From: Syntrophorhabdaceae bacterium | GTDB lineage: Bacteria > Desulfobacterota > Syntrophorhabdia > Syntrophorhabdales > Syntrophorhabdaceae | Assembly (NCBI GenBank): GCA_963666485.2 | Contig: CAXXUO010000002.1 | Location: 192,001-256,000, forward strand | Direction: 5' to 3' | Length of the DNA stretch: 64,000 nucleotides | Shown here: in pieces, positions 1-10,429 of the stretch | Layout of the letters: each line of letters starts with the position of its first letter | Position numbering within the stretch: the stretch's first letter is position 1 | Notes under the pieces: generated by a model | The model's input: only the letters and a program-made list of their open reading frames with translations | Database searches by the model: none | What the model was told of the DNA's origin: nothing | Translations under genes and position numbers: made by a program

Positions 1-1
1 C

Positions 2-3000
2 GCCCTTGTCGGCCAGAATCAACTCGATAAAAAAGACTGGTCGGGCGGCAAATACTTCCACAGGGAGATCCAGAAGGTGGCCCTGTCGAAAGGGAAGGGG
101 TGGGTGGATTACGAGGCGGAAAACCCCGAAAAAAAACGATGGGAACTCAAGACGACATATGTCGAGGAAGCATCGGGTCTGATCATATGCGCAGGCGTCT
201 TTAAGGGCTCGGGGGCGACGCTCCTCGCCGTGCTCGGCATGGACATCGATGCCGGCGGGTGGAACATGGCGCTTATCCGCTCGGTATTTCTTCCCTCATG
301 CTGCGTGCTGGCACTGCTCTTCGTCGTCGCAGCAGGTGTGGTACTCTCCCGGTACTCCTTAAGGCCCGCCGCCCCATCATTTCTGCAGCGAAACCTCGAG
401 ACCGTCATCGTCGTGGTGATCGGCTGCATCCTGACACTGCTCATTGCGACAACTGCCCTCGAGTCGGACAACAATGACCGGCAGGAGTCTTTTATCCAAT
501 TGGCCGAGGTCCGCAGCGATGCGATCGCGGAAATACTGCGTGATGTACGGGATATTCACCTGGAAGGCCTGTCGAGCTTTTTTGAGAGCGACGCGGCGAT
601 CACGCAGGAAACGTTCAGCCGGTACTGCGGATACCTGATGAAAAACCCGGCAATACAGGCCTGGGAATGGATACCCGCGGTAAAAGCAGCGGAAAGGCGT
701 GCCTTTGAGCAAAAGATGCGGGCACGGGGCATGCCGGGTTTTCATGTATGGCAAAAGGATGAAGCCGGCAAACCGGAGCCCGTAACCGCGAGGGATGAAT
801 ATTATCCGGTTTCTCTCATAGCCCCGCTTGCGGGCAACGAAAAGGCCCTTGGCTATGACCTGGGGTCCGAAACCCTCCGCCGTACGGCCCTCCAGGAGGC
901 ACTCTACAGGCGCCTTCCCGCCGCGACGAATGCGATAAAGCTCGTTCAGGAAACGGGTATTCAAAAAGGCGTACTCGTTTACCGTCCGATTTTCAGCAAG
1001 GATGATCCGCAGCGGATCAGAGGATTTGTCCTGGCGGTCCTCAGGATGGGAAGCCTCCTGAAAAGTGCTGTTTCCGATAATTCCGCCTTCATTGAGCTCG
1101 CCCTGCTCAAACCGGATGCCGCCCCCGAGGTACTCGCCCGATCGGCCGACATCCCCTTTGCGGCCTCCCGCCTCGCCGTGACCCGTCCCGTTTTCGCCTT
1201 CGGGAAAGTGTTCGCCGTCAGGGCCTACGCCGGACCGGGTTTTCTGCGCCTCCACCCCGCCCGCGAGGCATGGCTGACCATTCTCGTCGGGCTGCTGCTC
1301 ACGGCCGCGCTCTCCGTCTTCATCGCCCTCATGAAGCGTAAAGGGCAGGAACTCGAGGACCTCGTCACCGAGCGTACGCACGCCTTGAGGGAAAGCCAGG
1401 AACGCCTCTCCGCAACATTCCGCTCGATGGGTGATGCGGTGGTCGTCGTCGACGTGAACGGGAACGTAACCGGTGTGAACACCGTGGCGGAAAAGCTCAC
1501 CGGGTGGAGCCTTGGAGACGCCCGGGGACAAGCGGTGGAAAGTGTCCTTCGCATTGTCCACGCCAAGACACGGCAGGAGGTGGCAAACCCTGTCCGCCAG
1601 GCACTGGCAGAAAACAAGACCATCGGCCTGGCCAACCACACGGTCCTCATTGCGCGTGACGGCACGGAATACCAGATAGCGGACAGCTGCGCGCCCATAC
1701 ACGATGCATCCAATGAGGTCATCGGGGCCGTCCTTGTCTTCAGGGACGTGACCGTGGAATACCGGCAACGTGAAAAGCTGCGCGAGACAGAGGCCCTGCA
1801 GCGGGTACTGCTGGCGAATCTGCCTGCGGGTGTCATCATTGTCGATCCCGTGACGCGGGTGATCGAGAACATCAACAATGCCGCCGCGGAGATGTTCGGG
1901 GCACAGGCGGGATCTATCCTCGGGAACCGGTGCCACCACTTCCTCTGCCCGGCGCAGGAAAACGCATGCCCTGTCCTTGACCTCGGAAAGACGCTGGACA
2001 ATACAGAGCACGAGATGGTCTGCAGTGACCGGACCATGCGGCCCATCCTGAAATCCGTGAAAAAGATCCAGATCGACGGACAGGATAAACTTATGGAATG
2101 TTTCGTCGATATCACGGCACGCAAAAAGGCCGAGGAATCGCTCCGCCTCGCGACCGAACAGGCACATAAGCTCGCGGAGGAAGCCGCCGCCGCGAACGCC
2201 GCCAAGAGCGAATTCCTCGCGAATATGAGCCACGAGATCCGCACGCCGATGAATGGTGTCATCGGGATGACGGGCCTTCTCCTCGATACCGACTTGAGCG
2301 ATGATCAGCGCCGTTTCGCCGAAACGGTGCGCTCGAGCGGGGAGTCGCTTCTCGGGCTTATCAACGACATCCTGGATTTTTCAAAGATAGAGGCCGGGAA
2401 ACTGGACCTCGAGGTGCTGGATTTCAACCTCAGGGTGCTCCTCGAGGACTTCTCGGCAATGATGGCCCTGCGCGCCCACGACAAAGGCCTCGAATTCATC
2501 TGTGCGGCCAACCCGGATGTTCCTGCCCTGCTTCGCGGCGATCCGGGACGGCTGCGCCAGGTCCTGACCAATCTCGTCGGCAACGCACTGAAATTTACAC
2601 ATGCCGGTGAAATAGCCGTACGCGTTTCCCTCACGTCCGAAACCGGCGATGAGGTCCTGCTCCATTTTTCTGTCCGGGACACGGGGATCGGCATCCCCTC
2701 CGACAGGCAGGACATACTTTTCCAGAAATTCACGCAGGCCGACGCGTCGACCACCCGAAAATACGGCGGCACAGGCCTCGGCCTTGCGATAGCAAAACAG
2801 CTGGCCGAAATGATGGGCGGAGAAATAGGGGTCATAAGCTCGGAAGGCGCGGGTTCCGAATTCTGGTTCACCTGCCGCTTCAGCAGGCAAAGCGGGGAAT
2901 ACGTGGAAGCTCCGCCTCCTGCCGGGATCCGCGGCGTGCGCGTCCTCGTGGTCGACGATAATGCGACGAACCGCGAGATACTCGCGGCCCAACTCAGGTC

Positions 3001-4153
3001 GTGGGATGTGAGGACCGAGGATGTACCGGACGGGGCATCGGCCCTGCGGTCACTCTATAACGCGCGGGACGCAGGCGATCCATTCCGTGCAGCCATCATC
3101 GATATGCAGATGCCCGGCATGAACGGGGTGACACTGGGCCGCGCCATTCGCAGCGATGAGACCCTCGGTGACACACGGCTGATCCTCTTCTCCTCGCTGG
3201 GGCAGAGAGGGGATGCGAGAAAGATGCAGGATGCCGGATTTTCCGGATACCTCACAAAACCGGCCCGTCAATCGGAACTGGTGGAATGCCTGGCGGCGGT
3301 CCTGTCCCCGAATGCCGGGACCTTGCGGCAGCAGCCCATCATAACCCGCCACGCGGTCCACGAGATGAAACGGCTCCGTATTCTCCTGGCCGAGGACAAC
3401 ATTACCAATCAGCAGGTTGCGATGGCTATCCTGAAAAAGCTCGGGTACCGGGTCGATGTGGTTGCGAACGGTACTGAAGCGATCAGGGCACTCGAGTTAA
3501 TTCCCTATGATCTTGTCCTCATGGATGTGCAGATGCCGGAAATGGACGGTCGTGAAGCGACACGCCGCATCCGGGGCCCGGAGACGAACGTACTCGATCA
3601 TTCCATACCGATCATAGCAATGACGGCACACGCCATGAAGCGCGACCGGGACCAGTGCCTGGAAGCGGGGATGAACGACTTTCTGTCAAAACCGGTACGG
3701 TCCGAGGCCCTTGCCGGTATGCTTGAAAAATGGCTTCCCACGGAAGGTCTCCGGGGTACCGGAAAAGAGACCGTCGCGTCCGGGGCACAAGATGCCGGGC
3801 AGACCACCACCCTTCACCCGGAGCCGGTCTTTGACAGGGAGGGCATGCTGGACCGCATGATGGGTGACGAAGAACTGGCGCAAACGGTGATCGACGGGTT
3901 CTTCACCGATATGCCGCGCCAGATCAGGTCGCTCAAGGAATACCTCGATGCCGGGGATGCCGCGGGGGCGCAGAGGCAGGCCCACAGCATGAAAGGCGCC
4001 TCGGCCAACATCGGGGCCGAGCGTCTTCGCAAAATTGCATACGAGATGGAAATGAAGGCACAGGAAAACGAGCTTGCGTGGGTAACAGCACACCTGACAG
4101 AACTGGAGGTCCGGTTCAACGAATTGCGCCAAGTCGTTCTCAGGCAAACCTGA
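2..4153 (+). CDS. Hybrid sensor histidine kinase (Cache-like, CHASE, 2xPAS, HisKA, HATPase, 2xREC, Hpt); 5'-truncated by the window edge
   Basis: Frame is open from position 2 (ALVGQNQLDKKDWSGGKYF...GKGWVDY, sCache-like). Motifs: CHASE (NEKALGYDL), H-box FLANMSHEIRTPMNG, G2 box GGTGLGL, two receivers (VLVVDD...DMQMP; ILLAED...DVQMP) and Hpt AHSMKGAS. Confidence 0.93.
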   Translation, partial: ALVGQNQLDKKDWSGGKYFHREIQKVALSKGKGWVDYEAENPEKKRWELKTTYVEEASGLIICAGVFKGSGATLLAVLGMDIDAGGWNMALIRSVFLPSCCVLALLFVVAAGVVLSRYSLRPAAPSFLQRNLETVIVVVIGCILTLLIATTALESDNNDRQESFIQLAEVRSDAIAEILRDVRDIHLEGLSSFFESDAAITQETFSRYCGYLMKNPAIQAWEWIPAVKAAERRAFEQKMRARGMPGFHVWQKDEAGKPEPVTARDEYYPVSLIAPLAGNEKALGYDLGSETLRRTALQEALYRRLPAATNAIKLVQETGIQKGVLVYRPIFSKDDPQRIRGFVLAVLRMGSLLKSAVSDNSAFIELALLKPDAAPEVLARSADIPFAASRLAVTRPVFAFGKVFAVRAYAGPGFLRLHPAREAWLTILVGLLLTAALSVFIALMKRKGQELEDLVTERTHALRESQERLSATFRSMGDAVVVVDVNGNVTGVNTVAEKLTGWSLGDARGQAVESVLRIVHAKTRQEVANPVRQALAENKTIGLANHTVLIARDGTEYQIADSCAPIHDASNEVIGAVLVFRDVTVEYRQREKLRETEALQRVLLANLPAGVIIVDPVTRVIENINNAAAEMFGAQAGSILGNRCHHFLCPAQENACPVLDLGKTLDNTEHEMVCSDRTMRPILKSVKKIQIDGQDKLMECFVDITARKKAEESLRLATEQAHKLAEEAAAANAAKSEFLANMSHEIRTPMNGVIGMTGLLLDTDLSDDQRRFAETVRSSGESLLGLINDILDFSKIEAGKLDLEVLDFNLRVLLEDFSAMMALRAHDKGLEFICAANPDVPALLRGDPGRLRQVLTNLVGNALKFTHAGEIAVRVSLTSETGDEVLLHFSVRDTGIGIPSDRQDILFQKFTQADASTTRKYGGTGLGLAIAKQLAEMMGGEIGVISSEGAGSEFWFTCRFSRQSGEYVEAPPPAGIRGVRVLVVDDNATNREILAAQLRSWDVRTEDVPDGASALRSLYNARDAGDPFRAAIIDMQMPGMNGVTLGRAIRSDETLGDTRLILFSSLGQRGDARKMQDAGFSGYLTKPARQSELVECLAAVLSPNAGTLRQQPIITRHAVHEMKRLRILLAEDNITNQQVAMAILKKLGYRVDVVANGTEAIRALELIPYDLVLMDVQMPEMDGREATRRIRGPETNVLDHSIPIIAMTAHAMKRDRDQCLEAGMNDFLSKPVRSEALAGMLEKWLPTEGLRGTGKETVASGAQDAGQTTTLHPEPVFDREGMLDRMMGDEELAQTVIDGFFTDMPRQIRSLKEYLDAGDAAGAQRQAHSMKGASANIGAERLRKIAYEMEMKAQENELAWVTAHLTELEVRFNELRQVVLRQT

Positions 4154-4188
4154 CGCGAGGCGCCGAACCGGGACAGGGGACAACCGCT

Positions 4189-7100
4189 ATGACCGGAAAA
4201 CAGACTGCTCCGAAACCGGAACACGGGTACCGAAACTTTTTCTCCTTTTTATCCAGGCGTCACACAGAGCTTTCAACGAAACCCGTATTGGCCCATCTCC
4301 TCTTCCCCCTGGTAACGGTGGTAATAGTCCTCGCCGGCGGCGGCGGTATCCTCTTCTGGATGCATCACCGTGCCACACTGGAAGGCAAAACCAGTTCGTA
4401 CGTAAACACCGTCAAGACGGAATTTCACATGGCCCTGGACGAACAGGCCTCGGGATTAACGGGCACGCTCCAGTTCTTCGTCGACAACAACGGCCTGCGC
4501 GCGGCCCTGCGCTCCGGGGACCGCAACCGGCTGCTTTCGGACTGGAAGCCCGTGTTCGAGAAATTGAACCGGCGCATCAGCCTCTCGCATCTTTATTTCA
4601 TGGACAGGCACCGGCGCTGTATCCTCAGGGTCCATAAACCGGATGCAGCCGGTGACATCATTGACCGCTTCACCGCGATCGAGGCAGAGCGAACGGGTGG
4701 AATCTCATCGGGTATAGAATTAGGCCCCCTGGGCACTTTCACTTTACGGGTCGTCCAGCCCGTCTTTGAGGGGAGCGAACTCATCGGTTATGTCGAGCTG
4801 GGGAAGGAGATAGAGGACGTACTCCAAACCCTGCAAAAATTCTATTACGACCAGTGGCTCATCATGATCGACAAAAAATACCTGAACAGGCGGGGTTGGG
4901 AAAGCGGCATGAAAATGCTTGGCCGGGAAGCCACCTGGGACCGGTTGAAAAACAATGCGATCACCTATTCTTCCCAGGGTGATCTGCCCGGGTCCCTTGC
5001 GTCGTGGGCAGATACCGCCCACGAAGGGTCCAACCTTGAATACACCTCCGGCGGCAAGAGCTGGCAGGCCGCTGCAGCCTGTCTGAAAGACGCCTCCGGC
5101 AGGGAGGTCGGCCATCTTCTCGTGATCCGTGACATCACCGCGGAGAAACGCGCCTTCACGAGGTCCGTTCTGCTTGCGGGCTTCGCCGGGACGCTGCTTT
5201 TCGCTCTATTCCTGGCAGTCATATATGTTCTTCTCCGCCGCACCGACTCATGGATCACTGCCCAGCAGAAAGCCCTGAAGGACAGTGAAGAATCGTACCG
5301 CAACCAGTTCGCCTACAACCAGGCCGTCATGCTTCTCATAGACCCGGTGGACGGGGCGATAGTCGACGCAAATATCGCGGCCGTAAAATTTTACGGTTAC
5401 CCCGTGGAAAAGCTCCTGTCGCTGCGCTTAACGGACATCAACACTCTTTCAGATAACGAGGTCTTCGAGGCCATGGCGTCGGTCCCCGCATGGAACGGCA
5501 AGAGGTTCAATTTCCGGCACCGCCTGGCGGACGGGAGCGCCAGGGATGTCGAGGTCTCCTCGACCCCCATACAGTTTGGAAAAAGCGTCGTGCTCCATTC
5601 GATCATTCACGATATTACCGACCGCAAGCGCGCTGAGCAGGAACTGAAAGACTCCAACGCGTACAACGCCCGCATCTTAAAATTCAACAGGGCCCTCCTT
5701 TCGGCCATCCCTACCCCGGTATTCTATGAAGACCGGGATGGAAGGTATCTCGGCTGCAACCCGGCATTCACGGAATTGATCGGGGTATCTGAAGACGACA
5801 TACGGGGGAAGATGGCGCAGGAGGTGTGGCCTGCACGGCATTCGGATGTGTACCGACAAAAGGACGCGGAAATGCTGATGAACCCGGGACGCCAGGTCTA
5901 CGAGTCCACGGTGGTGGACAGGAACGGGCAGGAACGCACGGTGATCTTTGCGAAAGACGTGTTCCACGACGAACAGGGGAATGTCGCGGGCATAGTGGGC
6001 TCGTTCCAGGACATAACGGACTACAGGACAGCGGAAGACGGCATGAACACCGCATTGTCGCTGCTCAACGCAGCGCTCGAAGCGACGGCCGACGGCATAC
6101 TCATAGTCGGCTCGGGCGACGAAAGAACGGTCACCGGCTACAACAGGAAGTTCCTCGAACTCTGGCGCATACCTCCGCGAATGGCGGAAGATGCCAGGGA
6201 CGACGAACTGCTCCAGTTCGTCATCGGACAGATCAAGGACCCCGGCGCGTTTATGGAAAGAGTCGATTTCCTCTATTTGGAACCCGAAAAACAGAGTTTC
6301 GATGTCATAGAGCTGAGCGACGGGCGGATGTTCGAACGGTTCTCCCAGCCACAGCGAATTGGAGAAAAGATCATAGGCAGGGTGTGGAGTTTCCGGGACG
6401 TCTCGGACCGCAAGAAGGTCCTCGAGGCGCTGTCGGAAAGTGAAGAAAAATTCCGCCTGCTCTTCGAACGATCGGTAGACCCGATCCTTCTCATTGACAA
6501 CAACAGGTGGGCCGAGTGCAATGCCGCGGCACTGCAGATCATGGGATGCGTGAACAAAGACCAGCTTCTGGGGCTTCACCCGTCCGATATATCTCCCGAA
6601 CTTCAACCGGACGGCCTGCCTTCGCTGGAAAAGGCCAACGAGATCCTTCGAAAAGCGATGGTAAACGGGTCGGATTATTTTGAGTGGGTCCATCGCGACG
6701 TAGATGGCAATGATTTCTGGGTCGACGTTTCATTGACCGTGATCCCGATCAGGGGCAAACGGATATTCTACACCGTATGGAGGGACATTACCGCACGCAA
6801 ACGGGCGGAAAAAAAGATCAATGACACCCTGAAAGAAAAGGATGCCCTGCTCAAAGAGATCCAGCACAGGGTGAAAAACAGCCTGCTCACCATCTCCGGT
6901 ATCCTCGCCCTTCAGCGTGACCAGGCTGAAAACGATGAGGTAAAAGATGCGATCATCACAAGCTTGAACCGGCTGACCGCAATGACCAAGATACACAGCA
7001 GGCTGTACCGTTCCGACGATTATTCTTCCATCGATTTCGGGGAATACATCCGGGAGATGATCCCGGAGATCTGCCGTTCGTATGGTTTTCCGGCCCGAAA

Positions 7101-7440
7101 TATCGAGCTGGATACCGACGCCGTTTCCATCGAGATCCATGCCGCCATCCCGGCCGGACTTATTGTGAACGAACTCGCGTCCAACGCGATGAAACACGCT
7201 TTCCCCGGCGGGCAATTCGGTACGATCAGGGTTTGTTTGAAAAAGAGTGGTGCGGGTACGCGGCTCACCATCGAAGATGACGGGATCGGCCTGCCGCGGG
7301 ATGTCAACATACATGAAGCGCAATCTCTTGGAATGCAGTTCATTTCAGGCCTGCTATTGCAGCTCGACGCGGACATCCGGGTCGAGAGGGACACCGGGAC
7401 GCGGTTTACTGTCGATTTCAGGGTAGAGCCGGTACAATAA
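4189..7440 (+). CDS. Membrane sensor histidine kinase, dCache-like periplasmic domain, multiple PAS domains, HisKA_2-type core
   Basis: Two TM segments flank a periplasmic domain, followed by four PAS/PAC-like repeats (DITD/DVSD ends). H-box EIQHRVKN, N-box NELASNAMKHAF, DDGIG. ATG at 4189 chosen over 4078 to avoid overlap with the upstream gene. Confidence 0.9.
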   Translation: MTGKQTAPKPEHGYRNFFSFLSRRHTELSTKPVLAHLLFPLVTVVIVLAGGGGILFWMHHRATLEGKTSSYVNTVKTEFHMALDEQASGLTGTLQFFVDNNGLRAALRSGDRNRLLSDWKPVFEKLNRRISLSHLYFMDRHRRCILRVHKPDAAGDIIDRFTAIEAERTGGISSGIELGPLGTFTLRVVQPVFEGSELIGYVELGKEIEDVLQTLQKFYYDQWLIMIDKKYLNRRGWESGMKMLGREATWDRLKNNAITYSSQGDLPGSLASWADTAHEGSNLEYTSGGKSWQAAAACLKDASGREVGHLLVIRDITAEKRAFTRSVLLAGFAGTLLFALFLAVIYVLLRRTDSWITAQQKALKDSEESYRNQFAYNQAVMLLIDPVDGAIVDANIAAVKFYGYPVEKLLSLRLTDINTLSDNEVFEAMASVPAWNGKRFNFRHRLADGSARDVEVSSTPIQFGKSVVLHSIIHDITDRKRAEQELKDSNAYNARILKFNRALLSAIPTPVFYEDRDGRYLGCNPAFTELIGVSEDDIRGKMAQEVWPARHSDVYRQKDAEMLMNPGRQVYESTVVDRNGQERTVIFAKDVFHDEQGNVAGIVGSFQDITDYRTAEDGMNTALSLLNAALEATADGILIVGSGDERTVTGYNRKFLELWRIPPRMAEDARDDELLQFVIGQIKDPGAFMERVDFLYLEPEKQSFDVIELSDGRMFERFSQPQRIGEKIIGRVWSFRDVSDRKKVLEALSESEEKFRLLFERSVDPILLIDNNRWAECNAAALQIMGCVNKDQLLGLHPSDISPELQPDGLPSLEKANEILRKAMVNGSDYFEWVHRDVDGNDFWVDVSLTVIPIRGKRIFYTVWRDITARKRAEKKINDTLKEKDALLKEIQHRVKNSLLTISGILALQRDQAENDEVKDAIITSLNRLTAMTKIHSRLYRSDDYSSIDFGEYIREMIPEICRSYGFPARNIELDTDAVSIEIHAAIPAGLIVNELASNAMKHAFPGGQFGTIRVCLKKSGAGTRLTIEDDGIGLPRDVNIHEAQSLGMQFISGLLLQLDADIRVERDTGTRFTVDFRVEPVQ

Positions 7441-7454
7441 CGGGCACGCCGGGA

Positions 7455-8186
7455 TCACTTTTCCGGCACCAGTTCGATCGTCCTGACATGTACCCGGGCG
7501 AGTCCCTTGTTAAAAAATCCCAGCTTTTTTGCAGCACCCGCCGAAAGGTCTATTATCCTCTCGCCGGATGCCGGGTTCTTATCACTCGGGAAGGGCCCCC
7601 GGTCGTTGACCCGCACAATGACGGAGCGGTTGTTCTCGAGGTTCGTGACCTCGACGTGCGTCGGGAGCGGGAGGTATTTGTGCGCAGCCGTCATCTGCTT
7701 GGGGTCGAAGACCTCCCCGTTCGCGGTCATGGCCCCCTTGTTTGCGCGCAGCGTCTCGTACCCGTACCACGAGGCAAGGCCGGTCTCGTCGTACGACTTC
7801 GCCTCTTCGACAGACATGGGGTAATATCTTTTCCCTTTCACCGTGTAGGGGGCGGTCTTCACACGGCCCTTGCGAATGGCTTCTTTGGGAGGCAGCCCGT
7901 CGATGCTGTCGATGTCACTCCTGACGAACGCCCAGTCGAGCGGCGCTTTCGTTATCCTGAACGTATATTCACCGACCTTGTAAACAAGTTTCGAGGTGCC
8001 TGTGGTGAGCTCGTACGTACCCTTGACGATATAGTAGCCCCCCTTCACCGTACCGGAGACGACCTGGTACGGCGCCTTGATGAGCGAGCACCCGGCAAAG
8101 TAAAGGCAGGCCGCCGCGAAAGAAAATGCAAGCACCAGCTGGAATTTACGGAAGGGGCTGAGGGAAGCGCCCGGCGTGGTCCTCAT
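7455..8186 (-). CDS. rlpA: RlpA-family septal lytic transglycosylase lipoprotein (no SPOR domain)
   Basis: Lipobox FAGC; GLASWYG, TANGE, TAAHKYLP, VRVNDRGPF and IIDLS double-psi beta-barrel motifs. Confidence 0.9.
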   Translation of the reverse strand: MRTTPGASLSPFRKFQLVLAFSFAAACLYFAGCSLIKAPYQVVSGTVKGGYYIVKGTYELTTGTSKLVYKVGEYTFRITKAPLDWAFVRSDIDSIDGLPPKEAIRKGRVKTAPYTVKGKRYYPMSVEEAKSYDETGLASWYGYETLRANKGAMTANGEVFDPKQMTAAHKYLPLPTHVEVTNLENNRSVIVRVNDRGPFPSDKNPASGERIIDLSAGAAKKLGFFNKGLARVHVRTIELVPEK

Positions 8187-8319
8187 TGAGCACCATTATA
8201 ACCAAACTTTCCGGTTGTGGCATATATTTTTTTGGATCATCGGGAACGACCGGCGCGCCGGTCATGAGAGGAAATTGGAGGCGGCGCGGCCAAGGGGTGC
8301 CGCGCCGCCGGTTCACCGG

Positions 8320-9879
8320 TTATTTCTTTGCCGGAAAAAGCCTGTTGATCAGTTCGTTTGAAGGTCTCTTCGTAAGCAGGCTTACGCCGAAATAGAGGAC
8401 TGCGCAGCCACCGACAAGTATCCATTCCATGGTGCCCATCCCGAGAAGTGCCGGCTTGCGCGCGAGGACCGCCCAGCCGCCCCACAGCGTAGCGAGCGTC
8501 CCGTAGATGACCGTCGCAATTGCTCCCCACTTTGTCGCACCCTTCCAGTAATACGAGACGGCCGTGACGAAGAAGAATATCGCGCCGAGTCCCATCGCGG
8601 CAAGGCCCATGAACACGGCGAGCAGTTCAGGCGGTCTCTGGAGCGTCCAGTAGAACGGGAGGAACAGGAAGAAAGCGATGAGGACATAGCCGAGGTACAG
8701 CATCGATTTATCCGATACATTGGGCTTTAAGAGCTTGATGATATCGTTCGTTACATTGGCGCTCATGATAAAGACAAGCGCGGACAGCGTCCCCAGGGCG
8801 GCGCCGATAAGGCCCGTCAGGTACGCGGCAAGAAGGCCTGAACCGCCGATGGCCCACGAGAGCATCGGGGCGGCAAGGTCGGCTCCCCACTGTTTGTTCT
8901 GCAGGAGGTTCTCGCCGAAGATGATCCGTGCCACGAGGCCGTTCGACGAGCAGTCGAGCATGACCGGGATGCCTGCCGTTATCCAGACGATGAAGCACAA
9001 CAGGATGAATTCCTTGCGGGACATTTTCTTCATGCCGAGGAACCTGCTGACATTGTGCGGGAAACCCACCGCCATCGTGAAGAAGATGATGGGGGTCGAC
9101 AACACGCCGATCCAGCTCGAAAAGAGCTGCGTCATACCCACCTGGGGAAGTTCGGGGTCCATGAGCTTCAGCAATCGCGGGCTCTGCTGAAGCAGTCCGT
9201 CGGAGATGTTATGAAATCCGCCCACGTAGATTATTGCCCAGATACCGAGAAGGGCCCCGACAAGTCCCAGGAAGGCGCCTTTTACAGCGATGAACCACTG
9301 GGTGCCCATATACCCGCCGAGAACGAGGAAAAGCCACGCGATGACGATTGATATCAGCAGGCACCATACTGCGGGAAGACCGGTGACGGCGTACCAGACA
9401 GCGCCGGCAGCCTTGAGCTGGCCAACAGAATAAATGAAGAGAAAAAAGAGCATACTGACGGCGATCAGCAGCTGAAGGCCTTTGGATTCGAAGCGTCCGC
9501 CGATCGTCTGGGGGATGGTCGCCGCACCGAGCTTCGACGCAAATTCACGCGTCTTGGTCGCCGCAAGCCAGACGCAGGGTATGATGCCGACCAGCGTCCA
9601 GATCCCCGCAAACCACATACCGGAGAAACCAACTTTATAGACAACGGCCGTACTGCCGCAGAATGCCCAGCCGGAAATATACGACCCCGTAAGGGCGAGG
9701 CCGGTCACCCACGGCCCGATGTCGCGCTTGCCCACGAGGTATTCTTCAAAGGAGGCCCACTGCTTTTTTGCCATGATGCCGAGAACGATGGCGACGATCA
9801 GAAGGATGGCAACGCCGACCACCGACCAGATGATCATGTCCGGTGTCGGCTTCGGGATATCGAGAAATTTCGGGTTCAT
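8320..9879 (-). CDS. Sodium:solute symporter family protein
   Basis: About 13 TM segments; EYLVGKRDIGPWVTGL, SYISGWAFCG and YWKGATKWGA match SSS-family patterns. Confidence 0.9.
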   Translation of the reverse strand: MNPKFLDIPKPTPDMIIWSVVGVAILLIVAIVLGIMAKKQWASFEEYLVGKRDIGPWVTGLALTGSYISGWAFCGSTAVVYKVGFSGMWFAGIWTLVGIIPCVWLAATKTREFASKLGAATIPQTIGGRFESKGLQLLIAVSMLFFLFIYSVGQLKAAGAVWYAVTGLPAVWCLLISIVIAWLFLVLGGYMGTQWFIAVKGAFLGLVGALLGIWAIIYVGGFHNISDGLLQQSPRLLKLMDPELPQVGMTQLFSSWIGVLSTPIIFFTMAVGFPHNVSRFLGMKKMSRKEFILLCFIVWITAGIPVMLDCSSNGLVARIIFGENLLQNKQWGADLAAPMLSWAIGGSGLLAAYLTGLIGAALGTLSALVFIMSANVTNDIIKLLKPNVSDKSMLYLGYVLIAFFLFLPFYWTLQRPPELLAVFMGLAAMGLGAIFFFVTAVSYYWKGATKWGAIATVIYGTLATLWGGWAVLARKPALLGMGTMEWILVGGCAVLYFGVSLLTKRPSNELINRLFPAKK

Positions 9880-9995
9880 TTATCGATCCTCCTCGCCACA
9901 AGAAAAGTGCCGACGACCGTAAAGATAAACGTGCCGATCATCATGATGATCCAGACGTACCAGGGAAACATAAGATCCACAGCTTCAGCGTGCAT
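9876..9995 (-). CDS. 39-aa single-TM small protein, putative symporter accessory subunit (missing from the ORF track)
   Basis: MHAEAVDLMFPWYVWIIMMIGTFIFTVVGTFLVARRIDK; GGAGG RBS upstream; its stop overlaps the symporter start (ATGA). Confidence 0.75.
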   Translation of the reverse strand: MHAEAVDLMFPWYVWIIMMIGTFIFTVVGTFLVARRIDK

Positions 9996-10173
9996 AATAA
10001 CCCTCCGGAACAAGATAGTATTGTTAAAAACCCCTGCAAAGGGGAGCATCTTTACCCAATTTCAAGACGCTGTTCATTTATCCCAATGGTCTAAGCGTAA
10101 AAGACGGCCGCCCAAAATGGCATTGGGTTTTTTCTGATTTTTTTGTACGGGAAATTCTTACAACTCCCTTAAG

Positions 10174-10375
10174 TCGTCACCCCGGTGAAGGCCGGGATCC
10201 AGGGTTTTTCTTCTCAATCATTTCCGTTGCCTGAAACCGTAAATTGGCATAAAAAAACAAAACCCTGGATCCCGGTGTCAAGCACCGGGATGACGGATGG
10301 AGATATCACAGATGAGAGGTGATGGGTGATGAAAAAAAAACAAAACCTTGGGTTCCCGCGTTCGCGGGAATGACG
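10174..10375. repeat. Cluster of three CGTC-type REP palindromes
   Basis: CGTCACCCCGG..CCGGGATCC, then inverted GGATCCCGG..CCGGGATGACG and GGGTTCCCGCG..CGCGGGAATGACG. Confidence 0.8.
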
Positions 10376-10390
10376 GCGGGGGGGGACGCC

Positions 10391-10429
10391 TTTAGCCGTT
10401 AGCCGTACGCCGTTAGCCGTTCGCCGTTA
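10391..10429. repeat. Heptamer tandem array (GCCGTTA/GCCGTAC)
   Basis: tagccgt-tagccgt-acgccgt-tagccgt-tcgccgt, abutting the response-regulator stop codon. Confidence 0.8.

Noticed and set aside
377..2233. 618-aa antisense ORF, and similar long antisense ORFs such as 28008-29261, 14195-15292 and 39810-40727
   Set aside because: Shadows of well-supported genes on the opposite strand in GC-rich DNA; no recognisable motifs.
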